This document shows positions 37,694 through 50,287 of a stretch of DNA of 64,000 nucleotides, one piece after another (the first letter of the stretch is position 1; each line of letters opens with the position of its first letter). Position numbers and translations under genes: made by a program. The DNA lies in the NCBI RefSeq assembly GCF_026210795.1, contig NC_089434.1:1116001-1180000 (forward strand), in the 5' to 3' direction. Below the pieces are notes generated by a model. That model saw only the letters and a list, made by a program, of their open reading frames with translations. It was not told where the DNA came from and did no database searches. Origin of the DNA: Rhizophagus irregularis (lineage: Eukaryota).

Positions 37694-40073
37694 TAGAGGT
37701 TGGAACCGACCAAAAAAACCTTAATCGATTAATAATCGATTAATATTAAAATATTAAAAATTTTTTTTTTTTTGACCGCAGATTGCACCAAATTGTTTTT
37801 GATCATACATTTAGTTATAGGAAAGTCTTATTTATTATTATTATCTTTTTTTTATTTTTATTTTTAAGATATAGACTCGACTGGGGTCGAACGCTAAATA
37901 GGAATAAACATGGTCTAAAAGATCAATAAATTCTGAGCTAGTGTTTTACCCAACCTCTCAGGAGAAGCCTGAAGGGGTCGTCTTGCCCATTATTCTATAG
38001 AACAATCAAGCATAACCTGGAGTCTAGAACGGACTATCCAAAACCAGTAAAAAAAGAACGAGAAAATAAAAAAAGGAAAAACTAAAAATACAAGGGAAAG
38101 GAACAAAACGTGACAAAAGGTGAGTTCAAGTATATCACTGGAATCCGTATTTTTCTTTTGTCATAAAGACACCACACGTAAATACTGTCAGGTGTGGAAT
38201 GGTGCATGATTTGAAGGTCCGGTGTTGTTGTACTCAATCAAGTGAGTTAATCATGTGACGGCGTAGGCGGGAATTCCACAACGGAAGGTCCTTCACTAGC
38301 CGAGAGGTAAGTAATGTCGCTCATGGTAGTGTGCGAATCATTGTCCGGGGGAGGTGTACGCCGGAAATAGAGGTTCGAATCATTAAAGATTTGTTGATCC
38401 TTCTTTTTGATGTGGTAAGAAACGTTAGGAGGTGATTGTATAGAATTCATCATGACGAATTTGGCATGATGTTGGCGGTATAGCTCAACCGCTTTGGAAT
38501 AACCGTAATTGTATTGGGGATCGAACTGACATTATAGCGTCGTCTAATATTATAATCAAACAGGTTAATATTATACGTAACGTAATAATATGTACGCTGG
38601 TCTCCAACAAAACCAGCAGGTAGGGGAGGTAATTGTTTCTTGAGACGGTTGCGTTTTTTAGTGCGACGGATCCAATTCTTGATCCTTTGACATGCGCGTA
38701 TTTGATTATAGTGCCTAAGACCGTTAGGCGAATTTTTGAAAGCGTCAGAAAGTTGTATAGGTGTACGTCCTATGTAATGGTCCGGGAGATGATGGATGGT
38801 TTTAAAAACCATTTGTCCAGGGGAGTTAGGAAGTAAGCGAGGTAGGATAGTCTGGTTGGAGTGGTTACGTCTGAGTGTAGACGTAATTAATCTATTCCAT
38901 CGTGCCTGCTGTTGAGGTGAACGAACCGCATCGAAACGTAACGTGCGGTATTGTTTGTAATATGGTCGAACCGTTTTATTGTCATTGCTAGGTAAATTTA
39001 AATCAACCGAGCGAAATCGTTTAAATTGAACGACATAGCTAATGCCGAGGCGATTAGAATGAATTTCTTTGTGGTTCTTTTTATTCTTGTGATGTCGGTT
39101 TACCGTACGGTTAAACTGTTCAGCGTAGAATCTAGGCTCTACTGGATGACGAGTAGTAGTGTGCGAGACCTGTCGAATCAGTTTGAGATGACCTCCGCAA
39201 CGCCAACGATTATTTGATTGTACGAAGGCGGGGGGGTGGATACATAGTGAGCCCTCATTCTCACCAGGTGCAAAATGTAGCGTACCGCAAGGGAAATAAA
39301 AACCCAAGTAGATCACGTGGGGGCCGCAGCTGAACCGGATAAATGTTTTAGTTTTTCTATCATTATTATCAGTTGATTCTAATCGATATCGTAGTGCTAG
39401 GAGTTTTTCTTTTAATAATTGGCGTAAACGGTTAAAGTATTTGTCCACAGCATCCTTGTGAAATTGTCTATTTAAAGAAAAGACAAATGTGAGATAAATT
39501 CCTAAAATGTAATTTAAATTTGGTTTGTTAGATGTAGATCGAAATGTATGACGATGATTTTTTGATAATTCAATATCATTGGTGTAAATCAGGTATTTGT
39601 CAATTTCCGTAAGAGGAAGATCGGCTTTTTCAGACAGCCGAAGAAGGTAATATCGTCCTTTTCTAGTATTGTACAAAGTTCCACTGCCACGAGTGTCACA
39701 TGACAGGTAGGGCGAGAGCTTGGAAATTCTCATGGAAATGTTAAAAAATTTTGTAATAGGTTTGTAAAGACGTAAAATAGCCTGTGAAACAGGCGGAGGG
39801 GTAGTAGAGTCGGGTGAAGAGTCCATAGGCCGAGCTTGAGAAGGCTTTGTGAGTTTATGATTTATTATTATTATCATTAAAAAATTAATACAAATTCTTC
39901 CAAGTTCGGAGAACACGTGACCAAAAATTCACAGCTCTGGGCCGCATTAGATAATTTGACCAGAATTATGGGTTGATAATTTTAATCGATTAACCGATTT
40001 TTGAGATACCTTAATCGATTAACCGTCTTAGTCGATTAATTAATCGATTAACCTTAATCGATTCCAAACTCTA
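37694..40073. mobile_element. hAT-type element (2380 bp) carrying a non-transposase ORF
   Basis: TIRs TAGAGGTTGGAACCGA / TCGATTCCAAACTCTA. Exact 8-bp TSD GTCCTTCT (37686-93, 40074-81). Subterminal TTAATCGATT repeats at both ends. Confidence 0.92.
38450..39916 (-). CDS. Hypothetical basic protein, intronless and GC-richer than the host (likely start ATG 39826, 458 aa)
   Basis: 488-codon open frame, Arg/Lys/His-rich, C..C..CGGH cluster, HSNRLGISY motif. No hAT transposase or RT motifs recognised. A 68-aa ORF (38453-38247) overlaps its stop as ATGA. Confidence 0.7.
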   Translation of the reverse strand: MFSELGRICINFLMIIIINHKLTKPSQARPMDSSPDSTTPPPVSQAILRLYKPITKFFNISMRISKLSPYLSCDTRGSGTLYNTRKGRYYLLRLSEKADLPLTEIDKYLIYTNDIELSKNHRHTFRSTSNKPNLNYILGIYLTFVFSLNRQFHKDAVDKYFNRLRQLLKEKLLALRYRLESTDNNDRKTKTFIRFSCGPHVIYLGFYFPCGTLHFAPGENEGSLCIHPPAFVQSNNRWRCGGHLKLIRQVSHTTTRHPVEPRFYAEQFNRTVNRHHKNKKNHKEIHSNRLGISYVVQFKRFRSVDLNLPSNDNKTVRPYYKQYRTLRFDAVRSPQQQARWNRLITSTLRRNHSNQTILPRLLPNSPGQMVFKTIHHLPDHYIGRTPIQLSDAFKNSPNGLRHYNQIRACQRIKNWIRRTKKRNRLKKQLPPLPAGFVGDQRTYYYVTYNINLFDYNIRRRYNVSSIPNTITVIPKRLSYTANIMPNSS

Positions 40074-40320
40074 GTCCTTCTTAGCATAGTTGATATGGTA
40101 AATCTAATAATATATTGATTTTATTTAAGTAAATTCATCATGAATTTTATATAGATATTAGCACATGATATTAGAAATTATCAATAAATATTTAAAATTA
40201 TGAGTGGCAATTTAATAATTATTTAAAAAACAGAAAATAAATAACTGTAGTAGCGGTGATTTTATTTAAATGTTTAAATAAATATTTTTAATTTATTGTT
40301 CTTTATTTCCTATTTTTTAG

Positions 40321-42454
40321 TTATTCTAATCTATTTTGAGCTTCTTGAACTCCTTGTTCAGCTGATTTTTTGTACCAATAAATAGCTTTATCTATATTTT
40401 TAATAATTCCTTCTTCATATTCATACATGGTAGCAAGATTATATTGAGCTAAACTGTTTCCTAAATCTGCTGCCTTTTGATATAATTCAAATGCTTTTTA
40501 CTTATCAATATTAGTACCAAATCCATTTTTATAACAATATCCTAAATTATTTATTCCAAAAGGATTTCCTAAATCTGCTACCTTCTGATATAATTTAAAT
40601 GCTTTTTGATAATCAATATCAATTCCAATTCCATTTTCATAACAATATCCTAAATGATTTATTCCATATGAATTTCCTAAATCTGCTGCTTTTTGAAATG
40701 ATTCAAATGCTTTTTTATTATCAATATCAGTTTCAATTCCATTTAGTTAACAATATCCTAAACTGCACATTCCAGATGAATTTCCTAAGTCTGTTGCCTT
40801 TTGATATAATTTAATAGTTAATGATATGATTAATTTTGATATTGATAATATTGAAGTAGGGAAACAAAAATTTCCAACTTATCTTAATAGCCGTAATCTA
40901 ACTTTACAAGAGTTTAATAATTTATTATTAAATAACCAAAATAATTCAAATTCTCTTGCCTTACTTGGAGATTTTAATTTTCTTGGACTTGGAATTGGTA
41001 TTAATAAGTCAAAAGCATTTGTATCAAAGTTATTCTCAAATTGGTTACTTGATGACATCAAAGATTCTATTTCTTTTGTATTCATCATATTGAAGTTTTG
41101 AATGACTTGAGACATGTAATGAATCAATATTTTCAGAAATTTTACCATCCAAAATTGGCTGCTGATTATTAGATGATTGTGTAATATTATTATCATTAAA
41201 TAAGTGAAAGTCTTTAATAATTATATTTTCTTTTTTTATAATTTCTTTTAATCTATCAAACACTTTGTTGATAAATGGACGATCATCAGGTTCAATATTC
41301 CAACAATCTATAAAAAATATATATTAATTGAAATTTGTATTTTATTTTTAAATCATAGGTTTAAATAGTATTTACCAGTATAAATTTTTATATATTCTTC
41401 AGGTGTATCAGGAATGGATATCTCTCTAAGACCTTGCAAAATTTCTATAGCCAAACCGAGATCATTCAATTCATTACAAAAAGGTGGTCGTCCACTAGAA
41501 ATTTCCCATAAGAGTATGCCAATACTGTAAACATCACTCTGGCTCGTTTAATGAGTATACTTCCGGTTGGTTATTGTTAATATTTCTTCTTCTATTGAAT
41601 ATTTTTGGATCAACATAAGTAATCATTCCAAATACTTTTGATTGAAGATTGGATGATTCCTCAATCCTTTTTGAAAGTCCAAAATCGGCTAACTTAACAG
41701 TATTCTGATGAACTAATATATTTTTGGAGTGCTATTATTAAGTATATAAGATTAAACTAAGATAAAATGAGCATTAAATAAAAAATAATTATAATAAATC
41801 ATAAATTGATTAATTACCAAATCACGGTGCACGATTTCTTCACCATGTAAGCATGATACTGCATAAACCAGTTTGAAATGCAAAGACTAAATTTATCGTT
41901 CCAAGTAAGATTTTCAAAATTTTCTTTCAAATAATCTCGCAGTGCACCACCGTTAGCATATTCTATTACCAACGAATATTCTTTGATTTGATTTCTTTTA
42001 AAAGAAAACAGACAAGTTAATTAATGATTATATGTTAAAAAATGATTATTGAAAACTTATCATATCCCTACTGAAAGTTGTCACGCCATAAAAACGGATA
42101 GCATTATCATAAAAATCAACTTCACGATGATGTTGAATCTAAATAAAAAAATAATTTTTTATTAGAAATGTAAATATTATAATAATTAAAAATTTCTTTT
42201 TTTTATATTATAATTACCTCACGAACAATCGCTTTAATTGTAGCATCATTTAAATTATAAAAAGATTTAAGTGCACAACATTTATGAGAATCCTTCCAAT
42301 CTGCACGATAAACTTTTCCGAAGCCTCCAGAGCCAATTTCTTGAAGATTATAAAATTGGCCAAATTCATAAAATTTAATAAGTTTTTTAGAAATTGCTTC
42401 TTCTATCCAATCACACTCATTTGAATTATTAATAAGTTCAGTGTTATTAGACAT
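40321..42454 (-). pseudogene. Kinase-Sel1-repeat gene pseudogene with an internal inversion
   Basis: [62 protein letters not shown], then Sel1 repeats (LYQKAADLG, NLGYCYKNG, AIYWYKKSAEQG). Frameshifts, stops, and segment 40812-41021 inverted. Confidence 0.9.
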
Positions 42455-43449
42455 TGTTAAGTGCAGGGAAATTTTTACTGTGGAAGTTAATTTTACGGTT
42501 TTATAAAGGTAGAATTTAAAAAAGAAAATACAAATATTTTTACTATTTATAGATAGGATAGTAACACCAGACATTTCTATGTCGAAAGTCCGCACGAAAT
42601 TTGAGGAAAATAGTAATTCCTGGATAAATTTGGAAGTTTCACAAAATTAGAATTTTTTTTTAAAAAAATTAAATATAATATCTAGGTCTTTAGCAGATCA
42701 GAAAATTAAGATGGATGTTTATTTTAAACTATCCGTGAATTATTACTTCCTCATTTTAAAGACAAAGATTTAGTAACTTTAGTCATTTTAACAGTATCCT
42801 TAAACGCTTACATAAATACAAAAAATTGTTATTATTTCCAATAAATTATTAAATCTGTTTTCTGTTCCTAAATTTAAATTGAACATAATCTTAATTGAAA
42901 TGTCATATCGATTTCTTGTATATAAAATTCATTTAAAATATTTTTCATTGACAAATTTTGGTTCAATCATGTTTCGGAACATGTTTAGATTCTCAATTTT
43001 TTGAATAATCGAAATGGAGATAAATGATTTAACAAACATTGTATATTTTTTTACTTGAGCATGCATTTTAACGTCTTGTATGATTGCAGTGAAATAATAA
43101 AATTTTTGGCGAGATTATTTTACAAAATAGAACCGGTAATATCCGTAATAGTACGTCATATAGGTTGTGCTGTTCTTTTCCAAGTATCACTGATCATCAT
43201 TCACGTGATCCAGGTAATTATTTTCGGTAACTGCAAGATATTCGAAACATTTATTTTTTTGTTTATTGTATTTACACAACACTAAAAAATCACATAACTA
43301 TGCGAAAGATTTAAATAATAACAGAATGTACTGGGAATAATATTGTAGCTTTGTTTTATTATTACTAATACAAAAATGACAAACAATTATCTAACTGTAT
43401 TAAAATTAAAATATTGATGGAAAGATAAGTTATTGGAGTAGTAATTCTA

Positions 43450-44140
43450 ATATTAGAATGATTTACCGTAATTATAATTGTTTGTAATACCATCTTTCAT
43501 TTTTTCCAACAAATTGAAATTTGGCAGAATTTTCTTTAATCATAGATAACCTTTTGGTTTATTGCGTGATTCTTCTAACACCTTTGTCTTTAAATATAAC
43601 AGTAAATTAAAAAATTAAAATTATTAATAAATGATCAAATAAATAGAATTTGAAGATACCTTATTTATTTCATGCAAATAAGCTAAATCAGTTTCATAAA
43701 TACGTCGTTCTTCGTCATCAAATTGAATCCTCCAAATAACATGTAAATACTTCAATAATTTTTTCATCATATTTATTTTTTATAAATGATATAATCCATT
43801 ATCCGCAGCGGAAAGTACATTATAGCTGTAACTTAAATATGGAATAAAAAATTTCTCTTATTATAGTATGCAGTATTTCAGTGCATGACCAAAATCATCC
43901 TTTAATAGATTAATAATAAATTAAACCAAATTATGTGTTAAAATTCTTTTGAAAAATCAAAAAAAAAGAGGAAACCATTGAATTTGAGTTAATAACGTTT
44001 AGAGTTTTTGAAGGTATGTTTTTCTTCAGCTACCATAGGATATATTTTCCAATTACAATTGGGATACGTCTTTTGTGGTGCTAATATAGTGTACTTACAG
44101 TAAATCGTAGGATATCAGCAAAGTAGTAATGGAATCGACA
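43450..44140 (-). pseudogene. Degenerate multi-exon gene remnant, product unknown
   Basis: Coding-like blocks (e.g. IWRIQFDDEERRIYETDLAYLHEINK) separated by GT-AG intron-like spacers, with stops. Confidence 0.35.
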
Positions 44141-46937
44141 TTAGTGATATTAGAAAATCAACTGGATATTTAAGAATAACTGGGAAAATAAATCTATTTT
44201 AGAAAAATTCTTCGTCTTTGCGTGGTTTCTGAATATTCATTTGGTGAAGCCTGGCCTGACCTGCTCAATGATAAATCTTAAAATTTGATGCTTGTTTCTT
44301 AGAAGAATTGTAATTTATTTACTTAAATATTACTCACGCATAATTTTTTAAAAAACTGATATTATATCGCTTTTAATAATTATGTACCATATTATTTGCA
44401 ATAATGTTCAGAAAATTCGGCCAACTTAAATCAATGATTCTCATATATTTTAGTATCTTTATTAAAGTTTTTAAGAGCTAAATAGTAAAATAGAGGACCC
44501 AAATATAAATAGTGATAAGTGAAGTGGATAGATAGGGTAACAAAACTAGGTAACGGGATCCGTTGTAATGTCCGAAGCACTCGTTTAAAATCATAAAATC
44601 TGATCACGTGATAATAATCAATAATACATCTTATTGGTTAATCACGCGTGCGGACAGACATACCTTGCATTACAATGTGTCTAACCGCTAACTACGCTTC
44701 GGACAATAAAAGAACGAATTATCAACATTTATCCAACTTTTTAATATGTATATTTATGATTTAAAAATGACCCAAATCTTCCTTATTTTATGTCAATAAG
44801 ATTTTCATTATACTATACCATAAACATTCCATTTTTATGTGACTAGCTTGATAAAACTTTATCCAAGCGAGTGATTTTAATCTATTTATTATATCCGTAC
44901 TTTTAAAATCAGATTTGGTATTGCATGATGACGTGTAATATACTAAATTAATTTTTTTATTTTACAAAAAATTGTTATCTGTTATAAAGATAATTGTAAT
45001 TAAAAATTTTGTCTTTTTTTTGTAAAATTTAATTAAAATAAGAAAATGTTCAATTTCCCTCACAAAATTATATTCTTTTTTTTTATTCAATGTTTTATTT
45101 TTACGAGCATTTGCAAAATATTGAATCTATAATTCTATAATCAAATTTATACAAGCAATAATAATTTATAGTCCAGATAAATATCGTTCTAATTAATCTT
45201 TTCATTATATTCCACACTTTATTGTGAAAGAATATACTCTATATCATTTTATTCATTTAATAAGTCTTTACGATTTGACTTTATTGCTCAATCACAAACT
45301 GATTTTGTTCATTTATAGTAAAAAAGTTTTATAATTACTAATTTGTTATTTTTCACTTTCATTTTCAATTGAAGCTCCTATAAAAAATTAAAATTAATTT
45401 AAAAGTTTTAACAAATTTTTTTTAATTTAAAAGAAAGTTTTTATTAGAAATAACATACTATGTAAAATCAATAACATCAACTGAAATTTGATTTATACTA
45501 AAATATATTTTATAATGTGGCTTATAAAAAAATTCTTATGATGACGTCTTATACATACTGTGCACGAAATAATTGCGGTACTGCGGTACTACGGCTAGAT
45601 TTTGGAAGATCTTTTGTAAATGAATCAAGTAATCGAGAAGTATTACAATGAATAGATGATTGGTCATTTTCAACAGCTGGAAGGATGTGATTTGAATCCT
45701 GGTTATAGGGAACAAGAATATTATAGAATTAAATGAAAATTTTCAGCTATATTATATAAAACGGAAATTTGGGTATAAAATAAATGATAATTTATATTTT
45801 ATACATATTTAAATCTAACGCTAATACGAGTTCTGTTCTTCGAAGTTCAAAGTTAAAGATAATGATCTTTGTTTTTTATCAAAATATGATAATTGCGGAT
45901 ACTATTTCATCTTTTTGGCGAACATACAATCTATAATATAAATCACAGATGTAACTGATCTTGACATGATATCTCAGTTGTTCGAGATACAACATCAATA
46001 ACATTTCAATTTACAACAACGTATATTTGTTTAGTTTGGCTATACCTGTGATAATAAAAAAGTTTGACTCATATGGTTGGCCACATCAGTAAAAATTTAT
46101 AGCCGATCATCAATTAATCCATGTGATATTGCCCACATACTATAATACCTATAATATTATTATTGTCTGGGCTATTAAAAAATAATCAATATCCGATATT
46201 AAATAATGTACAGTATATAGTTTATCCATTTAACTGATGCTATAAGCTATATCACGGTCAAATAATACATTCCCAAGTATGTAACACTTATTATGATACC
46301 TCTATTATCTGTAATGTATAAATCTGCGTCATTATATATAATTGCTGGAAAAGCTTATGCGGTGATAATTATATCGCTCAAAATTACTTGTAGCTAAATG
46401 TCCAAAGCAAAAATATAGTAAATATATCAATATCTATCCTTTACCAATATTAATTTACTTTAAATTTTATTATTTTTGATTATGATATTTTAGAAAAAAC
46501 TTGATAATTTTTTTTAATTAACTGTTAAGATTCATATTACAGTACAAGTTTCAGATCAATTAGCTTATGAATCAATTGATGTGACAAATGTGACTCATCT
46601 TTATAAATATAAATCTACAAATACATAATATGCCGATATGCTGATTTTTTACTGCAAAATATTATATAGGTTTACATTATATAAAGCTTATGTATAAGTC
46701 AATACATCAGTGCTACTGATATATAGGGGTAAATCATATTGAAACAAATGTGACTCATACATGATAATCTTTATTTTTTTTATGAGCTATCAAATGTTTT
46801 TACAAGTATATATATACCCTCACTTCCTCAAGAAAAAAATTCAAATTTCAAATATTATTTTTCAAACTTTCAAGTAATATTTTTCAAATCTCAATATTAT
46901 TTTTCTCTCAAATATTAATCTTCTATATCAACTGAAA

Positions 46938-47441
46938 ATGTCTTATCAATTGTGCGCAAATATTATCTCTACTGTTTTCAATGAAATACCAATCAACAAA
47001 TGCTATAATCTTCCTCAACAAATTGAAACTCCTCAACAAATTGAAATTCTTCAACATCCATCATTATTTCAACATCTACCATTACTTCCATTACTTTTTT
47101 ACATTCTTTTTATAATCCTTCTCATAAATACCAATCTCCTCAATCATATAATTGTTTTGTTTTTTATTTCATTGAAATACATAATTATTATACTCTTTTT
47201 CATTCTTAAACATCTCCCTTCTCTTCCTTCATATCTCTATAATTTATTTTACGCTTTTAAAAATTTTTTGCTATATATATTATTATCATTTACTCTTTAT
47301 ATATTATCTACCTTATCATCAATTCTTCTTCATCTTCTTTATTTGCTTAATTGCATAATTTATATTCTCCACTTTTTTTATTCTTTGCTTTATAAATTAA
47401 CCTATTTATTAAATGATATTATCCTTTTAATTTCCCAATAG
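46938..47441 (+). CDS. Possible hydrophobic low-complexity protein (167 aa)
   Basis: Open frame with an ATG, a PQQIE repeat and Leu/Ile/Tyr-rich stretches. The pyrimidine-rich strand bias could keep it open by chance. Confidence 0.3.
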   Translation: MSYQLCANIISTVFNEIPINKCYNLPQQIETPQQIEILQHPSLFQHLPLLPLLFYILFIILLINTNLLNHIIVLFFISLKYIIIILFFILKHLPSLPSYLYNLFYAFKNFLLYILLSFTLYILSTLSSILLHLLYLLNCIIYILHFFYSLLYKLTYLLNDIILLISQ

Positions 47442-47577
47442 CTTAGTTACTATCTTTTTCTTTTCTTTTTTTCTTTCTCAATAATCTTATATTACGTAGC
47501 TAGGTCCATTGCTTACCAAATATAGCATGGAGACGTAATCTTATACCCTTTGGTCAACTCGGGAATACTTGGCCATT

Positions 47578-47813
47578 CTTAGATAGATAATTTTTATAAG
47601 GGGATCGTTTGCATCGCCCATGAAGCATTGCACAGCGCTGATTGGTGTCAGAGAGATCCTTTGTCTTATAAAAATTTACCCTTTTTTGATCATTTGACCC
47701 TTAGATAGATAAATTTTACAAGGGGATCGTTTGCATCGCCCTTTTTGCACTATGCGAATTGGTGTCAGAGAGATCCTTTGTCTTGTAAAATTTACCTTTC
47801 TTGATCATTTGAT
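47578..47813 (+). ncRNA. Candidate structured RNA: two tandem ~120-nt hairpin units
   Basis: Unit 1 stem AATTTTTATAAG (47589-600) / CTTATAAAAATT (47665-76). Unit 2 stem AAATTTTACAAG (47711-22) / CTTGTAAAATTT (47782-93). The differences between units are compensatory. Inner GGATC/GATCC stem is conserved and the apical loop is variable. Confidence 0.55.
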
Positions 47814-49037
47814 CTATCTCATGTGATTTCATTCTTCACATGTGATACCCTTTATTTCATTCCTTTGTTGAGTTCTTTCCTTAATAACTTATTAACTCAA
47901 CATTATCCATCACCGTTGGTTCCACAATTTTTGTGTCCAAGTTCAATTCTTGGAGGTGATTTTCATTTTCTTACTAATTAGTCTTTTTTTTCAGTTTTCA
48001 TTTGATGTGCGTGATATTTTAATAATGTTTGATGGGTGCAACAAAAAAAATGGGGGTCAAAAAATTGTAAGCTTTCTCTCTGGTGTAGAAGTCACAACCA
48101 AAATGCCTTTGAAATGAATAATATTGCGCCAAAGGAAGCTGTTGAAGTCATAAAGGAGTATCGCGTGGACGGGAAAATAAAGTACATACAAAACAAAGTG
48201 ACCGATGATACATCAGGTCTAAAAGAGGTAAAGGAAAAGCTCACTTTGAGTAACTTATTTGATTTAAAAATGTAAAAAAAATGGTAGATTTTTAGATAAA
48301 CATAATTTTTTTTTAAAAAAAACGCAGCACAAAAGATGTGATGCTACGATCGACAATGATCAACAAAATACGATTTAATAATATCGTAAACATTGGGAAC
48401 TAAGTAAAAAAAATTATTTGAAATGAAATTTATATTTCAAATCTTTTGCGTTTAATATATTCTTAACTATTAAAAACAAATAATTTACTTCATTCTTTAA
48501 TATAGTCGCTTATACGCGATTAAATGGAATTGAGTTTTAATTGAGAACATATTTTCTTAGCTATTAATATTTTACAAAACGCATAACGATAAAAAATATA
48601 TAATTTATTAAATCAGAAGGTTAACAATTGTTTGCTGTTATTTACTTCATGTATTAGTAAGTTATAATAAAAAACTGATTTAGCATAACTAATTTAAAAA
48701 ATCAACTCTTTATTAGTTACATGCCACAATATACGCGAGAGTAGTCGACATATCCTGATACTAACTTTTTTTCAACTAGAAAATTTAGCCTCTCACAATT
48801 AGTTAGATTTTTGGGAAAAATTGAATTAATTATGCCATAGCATATTATGATGAATTGTACTTGTTCAAAGAAGAATTTTCTTTATCTATTATTTCTAGGC
48901 ATTGGAAGTTAAATAAATAATACGCGTATTAATAATACGTGTCAAATTAACTTCTTTTGTATTTATAAGTATTGTTTTACGCCAATAAATGAACAGTATA
49001 TATAGAGATTCTCTCCCCACATTTTCGCTCTTAAACT

Positions 49038-49860
49038 ATGATAAAAAAAAACAAAAGAATCTTCAAGTATAGAAAGAATCAAGAAATTACAATCTTCTGT
49101 GCGAGATCAATCCAAATCATTAAATTTAAATGAACATGAACCTAGAATAAAACAGTTGATTATTGATTTAATTAATAAATACGGCGATATTAAAACAATT
49201 TAAATTTGCAAGAATTATTATTATCTCCTTCAAATGCAACAAGATCGAAAAGCATACCAAGACCTCAAAATCCATGGGTTCTATATCGCAAAAATATTTC
49301 GAAGGGATTAATAGGATTAAATATGTCAACTGGTGAAATTTCCGGTATTGCATCTAATTTTTGGAATGAAATACCTGAACGTGAATCGCAATTTTGGACT
49401 GAATTGTCTCATATCACTAAGGAAATTCATTCAATAGAATATCCTAATTATAAATATTCTCCTGTTAGATCTCATAATCAAAATAAAAGTTCAAAAAAAA
49501 TCATTTCGCAAAATACTAATTTAGATACTTCGGTGTCGAAAGATTCTTCAGAAATTGTGTCACACACTACTTCAGAAATTGATATTTCGCCGGAAATTGA
49601 TATCAATCTGTCGGAAATTGATATAGATATGTCGGAAGTTGATATCGATATGGTAGCTGCAGATCTTTTTCAAAGTGATTTTTTGGATGTTGATATGAAT
49701 CCCTCCTTATTTATACTTTATAGATCAATCCTTGACAGATTCATCGTATACAGATCCATTCTTAATAGATCCATCATTAATAGACCCATCCTTCTCTTTT
49801 ATCGACCCTTCTTTGATGGATTATTCCTTAGAATTTACTCAAGATAATTATAATTTGTAA
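49038..49860 (+). pseudogene. MATA-type HMG-box transcription factor, frameshifted
   Basis: IPRPQNPWVLYRK...EISGIASNFW...ESQFWTELS...HSIEYPNYKYSP is an HMG box. Three shifts are needed (A-run ~49043-51, ~49195, ~49710) to link ATG 49038 to the acidic IDPS-repeat tail ending TAA 49858-60. Confidence 0.8.
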
Positions 49861-50287
49861 TAAGTTGTCAAACGTGGTTTTATTTTTTGTATGTTGTTCA
49901 TTAAAACAAAGCACAAAATTGTAACATCTAGGCATAAAAAAATTTTTGTTTTAGTAAACCTATAGAATTAGAAAATGGTAGTACAGAAAATTGTTAATTA
50001 CTTGTTAATTACTTTATATTAATTAATAAATTTAATTAAAACAAAACATAATTGTGATCGTTAAGCTTTTTTTAGTATGTGGCGTAGATTGGTGTGATGT
50101 GACTCTTCCATCGGATAAATGGTAAATAATACGCGTGTTATTTACGCGTTAATTATTTTCTTAGCTTTTAGTAAAAATTTACGCCGTATAAACTTGTTAC
50201 GAACAGTTGTCGATCATCGGATAATCCGATTTTATTTTAGCTATATATACAGTACTCTTTACAGTACAAACAAAAACGCAGAAAAAA

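Noticed and set aside
37900..38050. Hammerhead ribozyme in the cargo 3' region (also CTGATAG..GAAA at ~19314)
   Set aside because: No exact CUGANGA plus GAAA core with three supporting stems could be found on either strand by eye.
40826..41101. Plus-strand 91-aa ORF as an independent gene
   Set aside because: It is the inverted internal piece of the minus-strand kinase-Sel1 gene.
49206..49500. HMG gene as a mating-type locus
   Set aside because: MATA-HMG genes are a large expanded family in these fungi, this copy is frameshifted, and no mating-locus neighbours are present.
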